64,000 bases of DNA from Patescibacteria group bacterium (GCA_041661405.1 JBAZUL010000005.1:3164-67163); one strand, 5' to 3'. Positions 42,336 to 51,776 are shown, counted from the first letter of the stretch. Numbers and translations are program-made. The notes: generated by a model not told the origin, from the letters alone.

Positions 42336-43010
42336 ATGAATCTCCGTATATGCGCGGTTGTCACCGGAAAAAACTTAAAAGAATTTCTTGCAAACCTGAA
42401 AAAAGCCCAAAAGCAAACCGATTGGGTTGAGTTAAGGGCGGATTATATAAAAAATTTCAATGTTCATGATATTGCGAAAATAAAAGCGGCGGTCAGCAAA
42501 CACGCGATATTCACCTGCCGAAAACCGGGCGAGGGAGGAAATTTCAGGAGCTCGGAAAAAGAACGGCTCGCCATCCTAAACGCCGCGCTAAAATCCGGTT
42601 TTGATTTCGTGGACATTGAACTGTCAGCCATCTCAAAAGTTAAAATTCCGGCCGCGCCAATCAGTTCCAAAATAATCTGTTCATTCCATGATTTTAATAA
42701 AACTTCGAGCCTTAGCCAGCTTAAAAAAATCGCCGAAAAAATGGAAAAAACTAAAGCTCAAGTCATTAAAATTGTCACCATGGTAAAAACCGAATCTGAC
42801 AACCAAAAACTTTTTGAACTTCTGGCCGGGAAAAAAAGCGGCATGGAAATGATTGTTTTGGGCATGGGCGAAAAAGGAAAAATCACCCGCCTTTTATCCC
42901 CGCTCAGGGGCGGCTACCTCACTTTTGCTTCAGCGAGTGTTGCCACGGCGCCTGGACAGATAAGCGTCAAAGAATTAAAATCAATATATAAAAAAATGGG
43001 ATTAAAATAA
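42336..43010 (+). CDS. aroD: type I 3-dehydroquinate dehydratase
   Basis: 224 aa. ICAVVTG...VELRADY, ...SFHDF and MVKT (Schiff-base Lys region) fit the type I DHQase pattern. Confidence 0.85.
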   Translation: MNLRICAVVTGKNLKEFLANLKKAQKQTDWVELRADYIKNFNVHDIAKIKAAVSKHAIFTCRKPGEGGNFRSSEKERLAILNAALKSGFDFVDIELSAISKVKIPAAPISSKIICSFHDFNKTSSLSQLKKIAEKMEKTKAQVIKIVTMVKTESDNQKLFELLAGKKSGMEMIVLGMGEKGKITRLLSPLRGGYLTFASASVATAPGQISVKELKSIYKKMGLK

Positions 43011-43015
43011 TCTAT

Positions 43016-44089
43016 ATGAACACATTCGGAAAACTATTCACAATCACCACTTTCGGCGAATCGCACGGATTGGGCGTAGGAGTCGTTGTTGACGGCTGTC
43101 CGGCCGGTTTAAAAATCACCGAAGCTGACATCCAAAAAGAACTTAACCGGAGAAAACCGGGACAATCAAGCATTACCACCTCCCGAAAAGAAGATGATAA
43201 AATCCGGATCATGTCCGGGGTGACCGATGGAAAAACCACCGGCGCTCCGATAATGATGCTCGCGGAAAACCGCGACGCCCGATCCGAAGATTATGGCCAG
43301 CTGAAAGAAGTTTACCGGCCGGGTCACGCGGATTTTACTTATGAGGCTAAATACGGCCACCGTGAATGGCGCGGCGGCGGACGGGCTTCGGCGCGGACCA
43401 CGCTCGCGCAAGTCGCGGCTGGCGCGATCGCTAAAAAATATTTAAAAGAAAAACTTAACGTGGAAATTCTCGGCTTTGTTGACCAGGTCGGTGAAATCAA
43501 AGCCGCTATTGATTACAACAAACTGAGTTTAAAAAAAGTTGAAGCTAACCCGGTTCGCTGTCCGGATGAAAAAATTGCCAAGGAAATGATTAAATTCATT
43601 ACCGCCTTAAAATCCGGGGGCGATTCAACCGGCGGAGCTGTTTTTGCGATTATTAAAAATGTTCCTTTAGGCCTCGGCAGTCCGGTTTTTGATAAACTGC
43701 CGGCTGACTTAGCTAAGGCGATGATGGGCATTAACGCGGCCAAAGGCTTTGAAATCGGTTCGGGATTCAGGGCGGCGGAAATGCGCGGGAGCGAACATAA
43801 TGACCGGTTTTATACTACTAAAGGCAAAGTAAGAACTAAAACTAACTTTGCCGGCGGCGTTTTAGGCGGAATTTCAACGGGCGAAGACATTTATTTCCGC
43901 GTCGCTTTTAAGCCGACTTCAACGATTGCCAAAGCGCAAGACACAATAGACCGCCGCGGCAAGCAGGTTGTCCTGAAAGCCGCCGGGCGGCACGACCCCT
44001 GTATCGTCCCCCGCGCCGTCCCCATAGTAGAAGCCATGGCGGCGCTCGTGATTATGGATCATTATTTACAATGGAAGGCGTATAAATGA
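43016..44089 (+). CDS. aroC: chorismate synthase
   Basis: 357 aa with the signatures TFGESHG, RPGHADFTY, GGGRASARTT and GRHDPC. Confidence 0.95.
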   Translation: MNTFGKLFTITTFGESHGLGVGVVVDGCPAGLKITEADIQKELNRRKPGQSSITTSRKEDDKIRIMSGVTDGKTTGAPIMMLAENRDARSEDYGQLKEVYRPGHADFTYEAKYGHREWRGGGRASARTTLAQVAAGAIAKKYLKEKLNVEILGFVDQVGEIKAAIDYNKLSLKKVEANPVRCPDEKIAKEMIKFITALKSGGDSTGGAVFAIIKNVPLGLGSPVFDKLPADLAKAMMGINAAKGFEIGSGFRAAEMRGSEHNDRFYTTKGKVRTKTNFAGGVLGGISTGEDIYFRVAFKPTSTIAKAQDTIDRRGKQVVLKAAGRHDPCIVPRAVPIVEAMAALVIMDHYLQWKAYK

Positions 44090-44099
44090 ATCTAGCCGC

Positions 44100-44128
44100 T
44101 TGACACCAATTACCCTTTTTGCTATAAA
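44100..44128 (+). promoter_or_regulatory. sigma70-like promoter for the trp T-box leader
   Basis: TTGACA (44100-44105), a 17-nt spacer and TATAAA (44123-44128), starting 11 nt after the aroC stop. Confidence 0.6.
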
Positions 44129-44134
44129 TAAAAT

Positions 44135-44420
44135 AGAACATTTACAGAAATAATATCCACAGCCAGATCCCGGTCTTTCCGGGAATGGGTCTGGCTTTTC
44201 TCCCGCTAATCCGGGAGAAGGATGGCTTTTGCATGAGTGAAAGCCCGGCTTCCTCCGTAACCAAAGGATAACTGAATTCCACGCGGACTCGTTCTGAGCC
44301 TGCCGAAGGAGTCAGTGAAAGCGTCCCGCCCGAGGCGGGAAAAAAAGGTGGCACCGCGGGATAACCTCTCGTCCTTTTATCCAAGTATTTTATTTGGGTA
44401 AAAAGATGAGAGGTTTTTTT
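44135..44420 (+). promoter_or_regulatory. T-box riboswitch leader (presumed tRNA-Trp-responsive) with terminator
   Basis: The T-box sequence AAAGGTGGCACCGCGGGA (core at 44347-44358), AGTGAAAG elements, a stem III-like CCCGCCcgaGGCGGG, and a terminator AACCTCTC (44363-44370) / GAGAGGTT (44408-44415) plus T7, directly before trpE. Confidence 0.75.
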
Positions 44421-44439
44421 ATTGCCTAACTGCAATATT

Positions 44440-45873
44440 ATGGCTTTGCCGAAAATAACCCTAAAAAACAAAAAACCGACTTATATCAAATTCGCCGAGG
44501 ATTTAGATTTCTTCGGGCTGTTCAAAAAAATTGAACAGGAGTTTGATAATTGTTTTATCCTTGAATCTCTCGGCGACGGAGGCGACCGGGCGCGTTATCA
44601 TGTCATCGGTTTTGGACCGGAAATAATTTTATCGGCTCGCGGCCATGAATTAAAAATAACCGATTGCCATGAAAATAAGGCCAACGCCAAAAAAACAAAC
44701 ACTAAAATTAAATCAAAAACTTATCCATCTAATAACCCTTATTACGCCCTGCGGGAAATTGTTCCGCGCGACATAATCTCGCGCCAATATTCCGGCGGCC
44801 TCATCGGCTATATCGCTTACGAGGGCATGAATTATTTTGAACCGGCCATTGATTTAAAACTTCATCCTGATTTTCAACAGTTTAAATTCGGGGTTTATAC
44901 CGACGGACTCGTTTACGATAAAATGACCGGCGAAGCGTCTTATTTTTATTATGACAACGACCGCTCGGCGTTAATCAGGGAAATCGCTTTCACGAAAAAA
45001 TCCAGCACCAAAACTTCCCCCGGCGCCCGCCAAAACGGAGTTAAAGTAAAATTCATCCGGGACACAAAAACCGAAAAAGCGCACGCGGCCATGGTAAAAA
45101 GGATAAAAAAAGATATCGTGGACGGAAAAATTTTCCAGTGCGTCGCCGGGTTTAAAAGCGAATTTAAGATAAGCGGCTCGGACATTTTAATTTACGAAAG
45201 GCTCCGGGAGGTCAATCCGTCGCCGCACATGTTTTACATAAAATTCGGCCGGGAAAAAGTAATCGGCGCTTCGCCCGAGCTTTTATTCCGCTTGCGCGAA
45301 GGGGAAATGGAGACTTTTCCACTGGCCGGGACAGCGGCCCGGGGAGGCAATCTCTCCGAGGACAAAAAACTGGCCCGCCAGTTATTATCCGATCCGAAAG
45401 AAATCGCCGAGCATTCCATGCTCATAGACTTGCACAGGAACGACATCGGCCGGGTGGCTAAATTCGGGACAGTTAAAGTGAAAAACGCGATGGCCATAAA
45501 AAAATTCAGCCATGTCCAGCATATCTCTTCCGAAGTGTCCGGCGTAATCAAAGAGAGCGAGGACATGTTCTCCGCCCTGGCCGCCAATTTCCCGGCCGGC
45601 ACTCTTACTGGCGCGCCGAAAATTGAGGCCATGAAAATAATCGCCCGCGAAGAAAAGGAACCGCGCGGCCCCTACGGCGGAGCCGTCGGCCATTTCGGCT
45701 TTTCGGGCGAATGCACCTTTGCCATCCCCATCCGCACGCTTTTCATCTCCGGCAATCGCGGTTTTACCCAGACTGGCGGCGGGATTGTTTATGACTCAAA
45801 ACCGGAAAATGAGTACCGGGAAATAATAAACAAGCTTGCGGCTATGAAAAAAGTTTTAAAGGAATTTAAATAA
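44440..45873 (+). CDS. trpE: anthranilate synthase component I
   Basis: The ATG at 44440 (MALPK) is preferred over the TTG at 44422. FILESL, SPELLFR, LAGTAARG and GGAVGHFGF.G..TFAIPIRT match chorismate-binding family motifs. Confidence 0.9.
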   Translation: MALPKITLKNKKPTYIKFAEDLDFFGLFKKIEQEFDNCFILESLGDGGDRARYHVIGFGPEIILSARGHELKITDCHENKANAKKTNTKIKSKTYPSNNPYYALREIVPRDIISRQYSGGLIGYIAYEGMNYFEPAIDLKLHPDFQQFKFGVYTDGLVYDKMTGEASYFYYDNDRSALIREIAFTKKSSTKTSPGARQNGVKVKFIRDTKTEKAHAAMVKRIKKDIVDGKIFQCVAGFKSEFKISGSDILIYERLREVNPSPHMFYIKFGREKVIGASPELLFRLREGEMETFPLAGTAARGGNLSEDKKLARQLLSDPKEIAEHSMLIDLHRNDIGRVAKFGTVKVKNAMAIKKFSHVQHISSEVSGVIKESEDMFSALAANFPAGTLTGAPKIEAMKIIAREEKEPRGPYGGAVGHFGFSGECTFAIPIRTLFISGNRGFTQTGGGIVYDSKPENEYREIINKLAAMKKVLKEFK

Positions 45874-45899
45874 GCCATGAACGCGGAGCGACAATCACC

Positions 45900-46502
45900 A
45901 TGAAAATTCTAATAATTGACAACTACGACTCTTTCACCTATAACCTCCATCAGCACATCGGGGAAATTTTGGCTTCAACCGGCCGGCCTTTTGAGTTAAT
46001 CGTAAAACGCAATGACGAAATATCGGCCAAAGAAATAAAAAAAGCCGGTTTTGATAAAATTGTTATTTCTCCGGGACCGGGCGATCCGGCTGATCCGGCC
46101 TATTTCGGCGTATGCGCGGATATAATTACGGATATCGGAAAGAAGACGCCGGTCTTAGGGGTTTGCCTCGGCATGCAGGGCATCGCCCATTATTTTGGCG
46201 GAAAAGTCGTTAAAGCCGGATTGCCTATGCACGGAAAAACCAGTAAAATTAAGCATAATGGAAAAGGGTTATTTAAAAACCTCCCCGAGAACCTGGAAGT
46301 CATGCGCTACCACTCACTTATTGCCGAAGAATCAACACTGCCCGATTGCCTTGAAATTACCGCACGGACGGCTGACACAGGAGAAATCATGGGGCTCGCG
46401 CATAAAAAATATCCAATAGCCGGCATCCAATTCCATCCCGAATCGTTCGCAACCGAGGGAGGAAAAATATTATTAAAGAATTTTCTTTTCAAGAGCCAAT
46501 AA
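45900..46502 (+). CDS. trpG: anthranilate synthase component II (glutamine amidotransferase)
   Basis: 200 aa. MKILIIDNYDSFTYNL, GVCLGMQ (catalytic Cys) and QFHPES. Confidence 0.9.
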   Translation: MKILIIDNYDSFTYNLHQHIGEILASTGRPFELIVKRNDEISAKEIKKAGFDKIVISPGPGDPADPAYFGVCADIITDIGKKTPVLGVCLGMQGIAHYFGGKVVKAGLPMHGKTSKIKHNGKGLFKNLPENLEVMRYHSLIAEESTLPDCLEITARTADTGEIMGLAHKKYPIAGIQFHPESFATEGGKILLKNFLFKSQ

Positions 46503-46503
46503 T

Positions 46504-47544
46504 ATGATTAACCAGCTAATTGAAAAACTGAAAAGTAAAAACGGCCTTGATAAAGAAGAAGCTTATGCTCTGCAAAACGAGATTATCGGCGGTAAAACCG
46601 GCAAGGAAAAAATAATCAAAATTTTTCAACTTTTGGATGAAAAAGGCCTTTCCGAGGAAGAACTGTCGGGAATCCTCGCGGCTACCCGAGACAATATGAT
46701 CCGGGTAAACATAAATTTTGACTGCCTGGATAACTGTGGCACCGGCGGCGACGGTTTTAATACTTTTAACATTTCCACAGTTTCAGCCGTCGTTCTGGCC
46801 GCCGCCGGCATTCCGGTCGCGAAGCACGGCAACCGGGCGGCGACGAGCAAATGCGGCTCGGCTGATGTCCTTGAAAAACTCGGAATAAAAATTAACCTTA
46901 ACGCAGGGCAGGCGAAAATCTGCCTGGAAAAATCCGGCATAGTATTTATGTTCGCCCCGAATTTTCACCCGGCTTTAAAGTTTGTCAAAGAAGCGCGGTC
47001 AGAATATGGCAAAAAAACCTACTTTAATATCCTCGGGCCGATGCTAAATCCGGCCGGCGCCTCGCATCAGCTTATCGGAGTGGCTGACGCCGGAAAAATA
47101 AATTTGATTGGCAAAGCGCTTATCGCCGCCGGATCAAAAAGAGCGATAATCGTCCGCGGCGAAGAAGGATTGGATGAGATTAGCGTTGAAAATGATACGC
47201 TGATCAGCGATTTTAAAGCTGGTCCTGAATTAAATAGCGCGTCCGCTTTTGAGTTCAACCAATATAAAATTAACCCCTCCGATTTCGGCCTGAACGCCCA
47301 TAAACTGGAAGAAATTAAAGGAGGAGACGCTGATGAAAGCGCGAAAATATTTTTAGATATTTTAAAAAATAAAGCTACGGAAGACCAAACTGACGCCGTG
47401 CTGTTAAACGCTTCCGCCGGTATGCTCGCGTTCGGCCGGGTAAAAGATTTAAAGGAAGGAATCGGGCTGGCCAGGGAAATAATCACTTCGGGCAAAGCCT
47501 TGAGAAAACTGGAAAAATTCATAAAAACATCAAACAGCTTATGA
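46504..47544 (+). CDS. trpD: anthranilate phosphoribosyltransferase
   Basis: 346 aa. CGTGGDGFNTFNIST, KHGNRA.TSK.GSADVLE and NILGPMLNP. Confidence 0.9.
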   Translation: MINQLIEKLKSKNGLDKEEAYALQNEIIGGKTGKEKIIKIFQLLDEKGLSEEELSGILAATRDNMIRVNINFDCLDNCGTGGDGFNTFNISTVSAVVLAAAGIPVAKHGNRAATSKCGSADVLEKLGIKINLNAGQAKICLEKSGIVFMFAPNFHPALKFVKEARSEYGKKTYFNILGPMLNPAGASHQLIGVADAGKINLIGKALIAAGSKRAIIVRGEEGLDEISVENDTLISDFKAGPELNSASAFEFNQYKINPSDFGLNAHKLEEIKGGDADESAKIFLDILKNKATEDQTDAVLLNASAGMLAFGRVKDLKEGIGLAREIITSGKALRKLEKFIKTSNSL

Positions 47545-48341
47545 ATACAACCTACCGAAAAACCAAAACGATTTTAGATAAAATCTGCGATAACAAAGTT
47601 TTGGAAGTGGAAAAAAGGATGAACGCGGACACCCTTGAGGTTCTTAAAGAAAAAATTAAAACTAATGGTTTTGAAAAACGGGATTTTTACGCGGCGCTTG
47701 CCAATCCCGGCCTTTCGCTGATTGCTGAAATTAAATTTTCCTCCCCTTCGGCCGAAGGCCGGATTTTTAGCTCCGTTAAACCGGAAGAAATAGTAAAAAC
47801 TTACGAAAAACACGGAGCCAGGGCAATATCCGTTTTAACCGATGAAAAATTTTTTCTTGGCAAGCTTGAATTTATTTCCCGGGTCAGGGCGGCCTGCAAC
47901 CTGCCGATTCTAAGGAAAGATTTTATCATTCATCCTTACCAGCTTTACGAGGCCAAAGCTTGCGGCGCCGACGCGGTTCTTTTGATAGCCTCAATCCTGG
48001 AAAAAGCGCGATTAAAGGAACTATATAGTCTGGCCGGCGAATTAGGATTGGATGTATTAATGGAAATCCATGACGCGCATGAACTTAAAACAGCTCTGGA
48101 ACGCGCCCCAAAAATAATCGGCATCAATAACCGGGATTTAAAAACCATGAAAATAGATTTAAATACATTTTCCCGATTATCAAAGCTTATTCCGGCGAAC
48201 ATAATCAAAGTCGCTGAATCCGGAATTAAAACCCGCGAAAACGCTGAACAAATGAGAAAATCCGGAGCCGATGCCATCCTTGTCGGCGCAACGCTCATGC
48301 AAGCGAAAGACATCGGAAAAATGATTGACACGCTAATATGA
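47541..48341 (+). CDS. trpC: indole-3-glycerol phosphate synthase
   Basis: 266 aa. IAEIKFSSPS, ISVLTDEKFF.G, LRKDFI and INNRDL.T motifs. It overlaps trpD by 4 nt. Confidence 0.9.
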   Translation: MNTTYRKTKTILDKICDNKVLEVEKRMNADTLEVLKEKIKTNGFEKRDFYAALANPGLSLIAEIKFSSPSAEGRIFSSVKPEEIVKTYEKHGARAISVLTDEKFFLGKLEFISRVRAACNLPILRKDFIIHPYQLYEAKACGADAVLLIASILEKARLKELYSLAGELGLDVLMEIHDAHELKTALERAPKIIGINNRDLKTMKIDLNTFSRLSKLIPANIIKVAESGIKTRENAEQMRKSGADAILVGATLMQAKDIGKMIDTLI

Positions 48342-49075
48342 AAATCAAGTTCTGCGGAATAACCAATATAGAAGACGCGAAAAACGCCATTAATCTGGGT
48401 GCTGATTATCTTGGGTTTATTATTGATTTTCCTCAAAGCCCGAGAAGCATAACCCTAGAACAGTTTATGGCATTATCCGCAAAAGTACAAAATTGCGACT
48501 CTGGAATACTGTCTGAGGCTAACCAGATTCCAAATTCCCAGCCTCGCCGGCAGGCAGGCAAATTCCAAATTCCAAAAATCGTTGCCGTCACTGTCGACAT
48601 GGCTGAAAACAAACTAAATAAATTTCTTGACTCTAACCTGATAGACATTCTCCAGTTTCATGGCAATGAAACCCCGGAATTATGCGGACGTTTTAAAAAC
48701 AGGGCGGAAGTTTGGCGATTATTTAAAATCAGTCCTGACGATAATTTAGAAAAAACTATATCGGATCTTAAAAGATTTAAAGGAAAAATTGACCGGTTTT
48801 TAATTGACTCCGCGAGCGCTGACGATAAAGCCAAAGGCGCGGCTAAAAAATTTGATAATTTTTCCCTGTTCAAAAATTTTGAACAGGCGGGTTATCCTCT
48901 TGTACTCGCTGGCGGAATCAACCCGGATAATGTAAAATTATATATAGAAAAATTAAACCCGGAAATAATTGATGTTGCGAGCGGAATTGAAGATCGCCCG
49001 GGGAAAAAAAGTTTAAAAAAAATGAAAGAATTAATTAAAATAGTAAATAAATACAACCGTAAAAAAGCTAATTAA
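48338..49075 (+). CDS. trpF: phosphoribosylanthranilate isomerase carrying an in-frame insertion of about 29 aa
   Basis: MKIKFCGIT, GADYLGFI...SPR, LQFHGNE, LAGGINPDNV and DVASGIE are present. The insert QNCDSGILSEANQIPNSQPRRQAGKFQIP (48488-48574) has no counterpart in canonical PRAI as I recall it. Confidence 0.85.
   Translation: MKIKFCGITNIEDAKNAINLGADYLGFIIDFPQSPRSITLEQFMALSAKVQNCDSGILSEANQIPNSQPRRQAGKFQIPKIVAVTVDMAENKLNKFLDSNLIDILQFHGNETPELCGRFKNRAEVWRLFKISPDDNLEKTISDLKRFKGKIDRFLIDSASADDKAKGAAKKFDNFSLFKNFEQAGYPLVLAGGINPDNVKLYIEKLNPEIIDVASGIEDRPGKKSLKKMKELIKIVNKYNRKKAN
48488..48574. repeat. word-array plus GC-hairpin repeat element inserted in-frame in trpF
   Basis: ATTCCAAATTCC (48527-48538) and AATTCCAAATTCC (48561-48573) flank GCCTCGCCggcaGGCAGGC. 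The motif GGCAGGCAA(A/T)TTCCAA(A)TTCC also occurs at 21929-21948 in the rplU leader. Confidence 0.7.
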
Positions 49076-49101
49076 AAATCCGCGTTATTCGCGTCATTAT
49101 T

Positions 49102-50349
49102 ATGAACATCTTTATTAAAACCAAATACGATGCCGACCGGACCGGGCATTTCGGCCGGCTGGGCGGACGCTACGTTCCGGAAATGCTCATTCCCGCTTTG
49201 GAAGAACTGGAAAAAGCTTATGAGGATGCTAAGCGCGATCCGAGGTTTTTAGCCGATCTCATGGATCTTTATGAGAATTACGATGGCCGACCCACTCCGC
49301 TCTATTTCGCCGCGAACCTTACCAAGCGTTTGGGCGGGGCAAAAATTTTCATAAAAAACGAAGGACAGAATCTGACCGGCGCCCATAAAATAAATCACTC
49401 TCTCGGCCAGGCCCTGCTCGCGAAACGGATGGGTAAAAAACGCCTTATTGCCGAGACCGGAGCCGGACAGCACGGCCTCGCCACCGCGACCGTCGCCGCC
49501 AAATTCGGCTTAAAATGCGCGGTTTACATGGGCAAAGTGGACTATCACCGCCAGCGGCCGAATGTTTTTTGGATGGAGCAGTTAGGCGCTGAAGTTATTC
49601 CGGTTCTGCACGGCACGCAAAGATTAAAAGACGCGGTAACCGCGACGCTCCAGGACTGGATAGAAAATGTGGATGACACTTACTATTTGCTCGGCTCGGC
49701 TTTGGGTCCTCACCCCTACCCTTCCATGGTCCGGGATTTCCAGACCATTGTAGGACTGGAAGTAAAGAAACAGCTGAAAGAAAACTATAACATAAAAAAA
49801 CCGGATTACATTGTCGCCTGCGTCGGCGGCGGATCCAACGCCATCGGCATATTTAATCCTTATCTGGACGACAAAGATGTTAAACTCATCGGCGTAGAAG
49901 CCGGCGGCCGGGGCATAAAAAATGTCGGCGATCACGCAACGCGCTTGCAAAAAAACCAAAAGCTCGGCGTGGTTGAAGGCTATAAGTCATTTTTTATCCA
50001 GGACGAAGACGGCCAGATCCAGAATACCCATAGCATTTCCGCCGGACTGGATTACTCCGGAATCGGCCCGGAACACGGCCTCCTTTATTTAAAAGGCCGG
50101 GTTGAATACAAATACGCCACTGACAAAGAAGTTATCGCCACTTTTAAACTGCTCGCCCGGACCGAAGGCATAATTCCCGCCCTGGAATCGGCTCACGCCG
50201 CCGCTTACGCGATAAAACTCGCCCCCAAGCTCAGTAAAAATAAAACCGTTGTCATAAACCTTTCCGGCCGCGGCGACAAGGATATTTTTATCGTGGCCGA
50301 AGCCTTGGGCGACAAAAAATGGAAAGAATATTTAAAAAGTAAAATATGA
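49102..50349 (+). CDS. trpB: tryptophan synthase beta chain
   Basis: 415 aa. GRLGGRYVPE, NLTGAHKINH (PLP Lys), ETGAGQHG and GGGSNAIG. Confidence 0.95.
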   Translation: MNIFIKTKYDADRTGHFGRLGGRYVPEMLIPALEELEKAYEDAKRDPRFLADLMDLYENYDGRPTPLYFAANLTKRLGGAKIFIKNEGQNLTGAHKINHSLGQALLAKRMGKKRLIAETGAGQHGLATATVAAKFGLKCAVYMGKVDYHRQRPNVFWMEQLGAEVIPVLHGTQRLKDAVTATLQDWIENVDDTYYLLGSALGPHPYPSMVRDFQTIVGLEVKKQLKENYNIKKPDYIVACVGGGSNAIGIFNPYLDDKDVKLIGVEAGGRGIKNVGDHATRLQKNQKLGVVEGYKSFFIQDEDGQIQNTHSISAGLDYSGIGPEHGLLYLKGRVEYKYATDKEVIATFKLLARTEGIIPALESAHAAAYAIKLAPKLSKNKTVVINLSGRGDKDIFIVAEALGDKKWKEYLKSKI

Positions 50350-51146
50350 ACAAAATCAATTCACAACTCAATAAAATTAAACGTGAAAATCGTCTTGGCC
50401 TAATGACCCACATCGTCATCGGCTATCCGAGTCTTAAAGAAAGCCTTGGACTTGCCAAGCTCATGGCTCGTTTGGGTGTTGATTTTATTGAACTTCAGCT
50501 TCCCTTTTCCGACCCCATGGCTGACGGCCCGACAATCATGGCCGCCAATAAGGCCGCGCTGGATAATGGCACGAAAGTAAAAGACTGTTTTAAAGTCATG
50601 AAAGAGTTGTCGCGCCAAGTTGATATTCCCCTGATTTTTATGGGTTATTTTAATACTGTCCATAGCTACGGCGCGGAAAAATTCTGCTGCGACGCGCGAC
50701 AGGCCGGAGCGAGCGGCCTTATTTTTCCCGACATTCCATTAGAAGAAGAAAAAGAAGAGCACTTTATTAAGAGCGCAAAAATGAACAATCTAATTCCCAT
50801 CCGCCTCCTTTCTCCGGCTTCCACTCCTCTGCGAATGAAAAAAAACGCCGAAGTAGCCGACGGCTTCCTTTACTTTGTCGGCCGCAAAGGCACGACTGGC
50901 GCTAAAGCCAGACTGGACAGCGAACTTAATTTTCATCTCAAAAAATTAAAAAAATACTTCAATATTCCGATCGCGGTCGGATTCGGCATTTCCAAACCCG
51001 AACACATCCGCGCTTTAAAAGGCCGCGCGGAAATTGCCGTAATCGGTTCGGCCTGCTTAAACGCCTACGATTCGTCGCCCAAAGGACAGGGGCTAAAGGC
51101 AATGGAAAAATTTTTAAAACCCCTTATCCGAGAAGCTGGAAAATAA
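50346..51146 (+). CDS. trpA: tryptophan synthase alpha chain
   Basis: 266 aa. IELQLPFSDPMADGPTI and the GFGIS motif. It overlaps trpB by 4 nt. Confidence 0.95.
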   Translation: MNKINSQLNKIKRENRLGLMTHIVIGYPSLKESLGLAKLMARLGVDFIELQLPFSDPMADGPTIMAANKAALDNGTKVKDCFKVMKELSRQVDIPLIFMGYFNTVHSYGAEKFCCDARQAGASGLIFPDIPLEEEKEEHFIKSAKMNNLIPIRLLSPASTPLRMKKNAEVADGFLYFVGRKGTTGAKARLDSELNFHLKKLKKYFNIPIAVGFGISKPEHIRALKGRAEIAVIGSACLNAYDSSPKGQGLKAMEKFLKPLIREAGK

Positions 51147-51189
51147 TAAGAAGCCGGGCGCTCCTAGTCTTATTTTCGCAAAATTAATC

Positions 51190-51234
51190 ATGGGACAAGC
51201 GGATTTTACGAATAACGCATCCATCTTGTCCCAT
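51190..51234. terminator. 10-bp perfect hairpin between trpA and the convergent sORF pair
   Basis: ATGGGACAAG (51190-51199) pairs with CTTGTCCCAT (51225-51234) over a 25-nt loop. The flanks are weakly T-rich, so its function is uncertain. Confidence 0.4.
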
Positions 51235-51246
51235 ATACGATGAGGC

Positions 51247-51390
51247 TCATGTCTGGACAGTCTGTCCGGTTTTTGCCTCGTTAACGTTTTGAGTCCGGTC
51301 TCCGCTTTGGCAGAAAAGGCATTCGCCTTTTACCGCTTTCGGAAGTCCGGGATTCCCCACGAAATATGTGTAAGCTTTATCTTTTTTCAT
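51247..51390 (-). CDS. small ORF E2 (47 aa) with a CLFC motif
   Basis: Own call gives MKKDKAYTYFVGNPGLPKAVKGECLFCQSGDRTQNVNEAKTGQTVQT. The SD and start read GGAGGAAGATAATG. Its start overlaps the end of E1 by 14 nt. Confidence 0.45.
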   Translation of the reverse strand: MKKDKAYTYFVGNPGLPKAVKGECLFCQSGDRTQNVNEAKTGQTVQT

Positions 51391-51580
51391 TATCTTCCTC
51401 CGTAAGCTGTCGGGCGGCCACGGCATAAGCCTGATCCGCCCGTCTAGCGCTAGCATAATGCCAGTTGCCATTTTCATCTTTCACCCGGACATTCTGTCCG
51501 GGTTCTGGCGACCAATATACTTCAATCGGGTCGCCTTTCATGCTCACCGAATACCAATCCTTTTCATATCTGTCTCTCAT
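51377..51580 (-). CDS. small ORF E1 (67 aa from the second ATG)
   Basis: MRDRYEKDWYSVSMKGDPIEVYWSPEPGQNVRVKDENGNWHY... The second ATG is preferred because GGAGGGCGAGATG provides an SD. The ORF is GC-rich and contains several 6-7 bp perfect palindromes. Confidence 0.5.
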   Translation of the reverse strand: MRDRYEKDWYSVSMKGDPIEVYWSPEPGQNVRVKDENGNWHYASARRADQAYAVAARQLTEEDNEKR

Positions 51581-51707
51581 CTCGCCCTCCATATTTCTTC
51601 GGCGCCGCCTGGCTCCGGTAAATCGGAACTTTCGCGGACAACCGATTTAGTATATAACGAAAAAATAAAAAATATTTTACATACGCTCTCAACCATAACG
51701 CGGCAAC

Positions 51708-51744
51708 AAAAAACCGTCTCAATTATTCTGAGACGATTTTTTTT
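51708..51744. terminator. bidirectional rho-independent terminator after ridA
   Basis: CGTCTC (51715-51720) pairs with GAGACG (51731-51736), flanked by an A-run (51708-51713) and a T-run (51737-51744). Confidence 0.75.
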
Positions 51745-51776
51745 AATATATCCGCTGATTGTTTACCATCTGCAGG

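Noticed and set aside
44142-44471. 109-aa minus-strand ORF between aroC and trpE
   Set aside because: It lies antisense to the T-box leader and terminator. The region is better explained as a cis-regulatory RNA.
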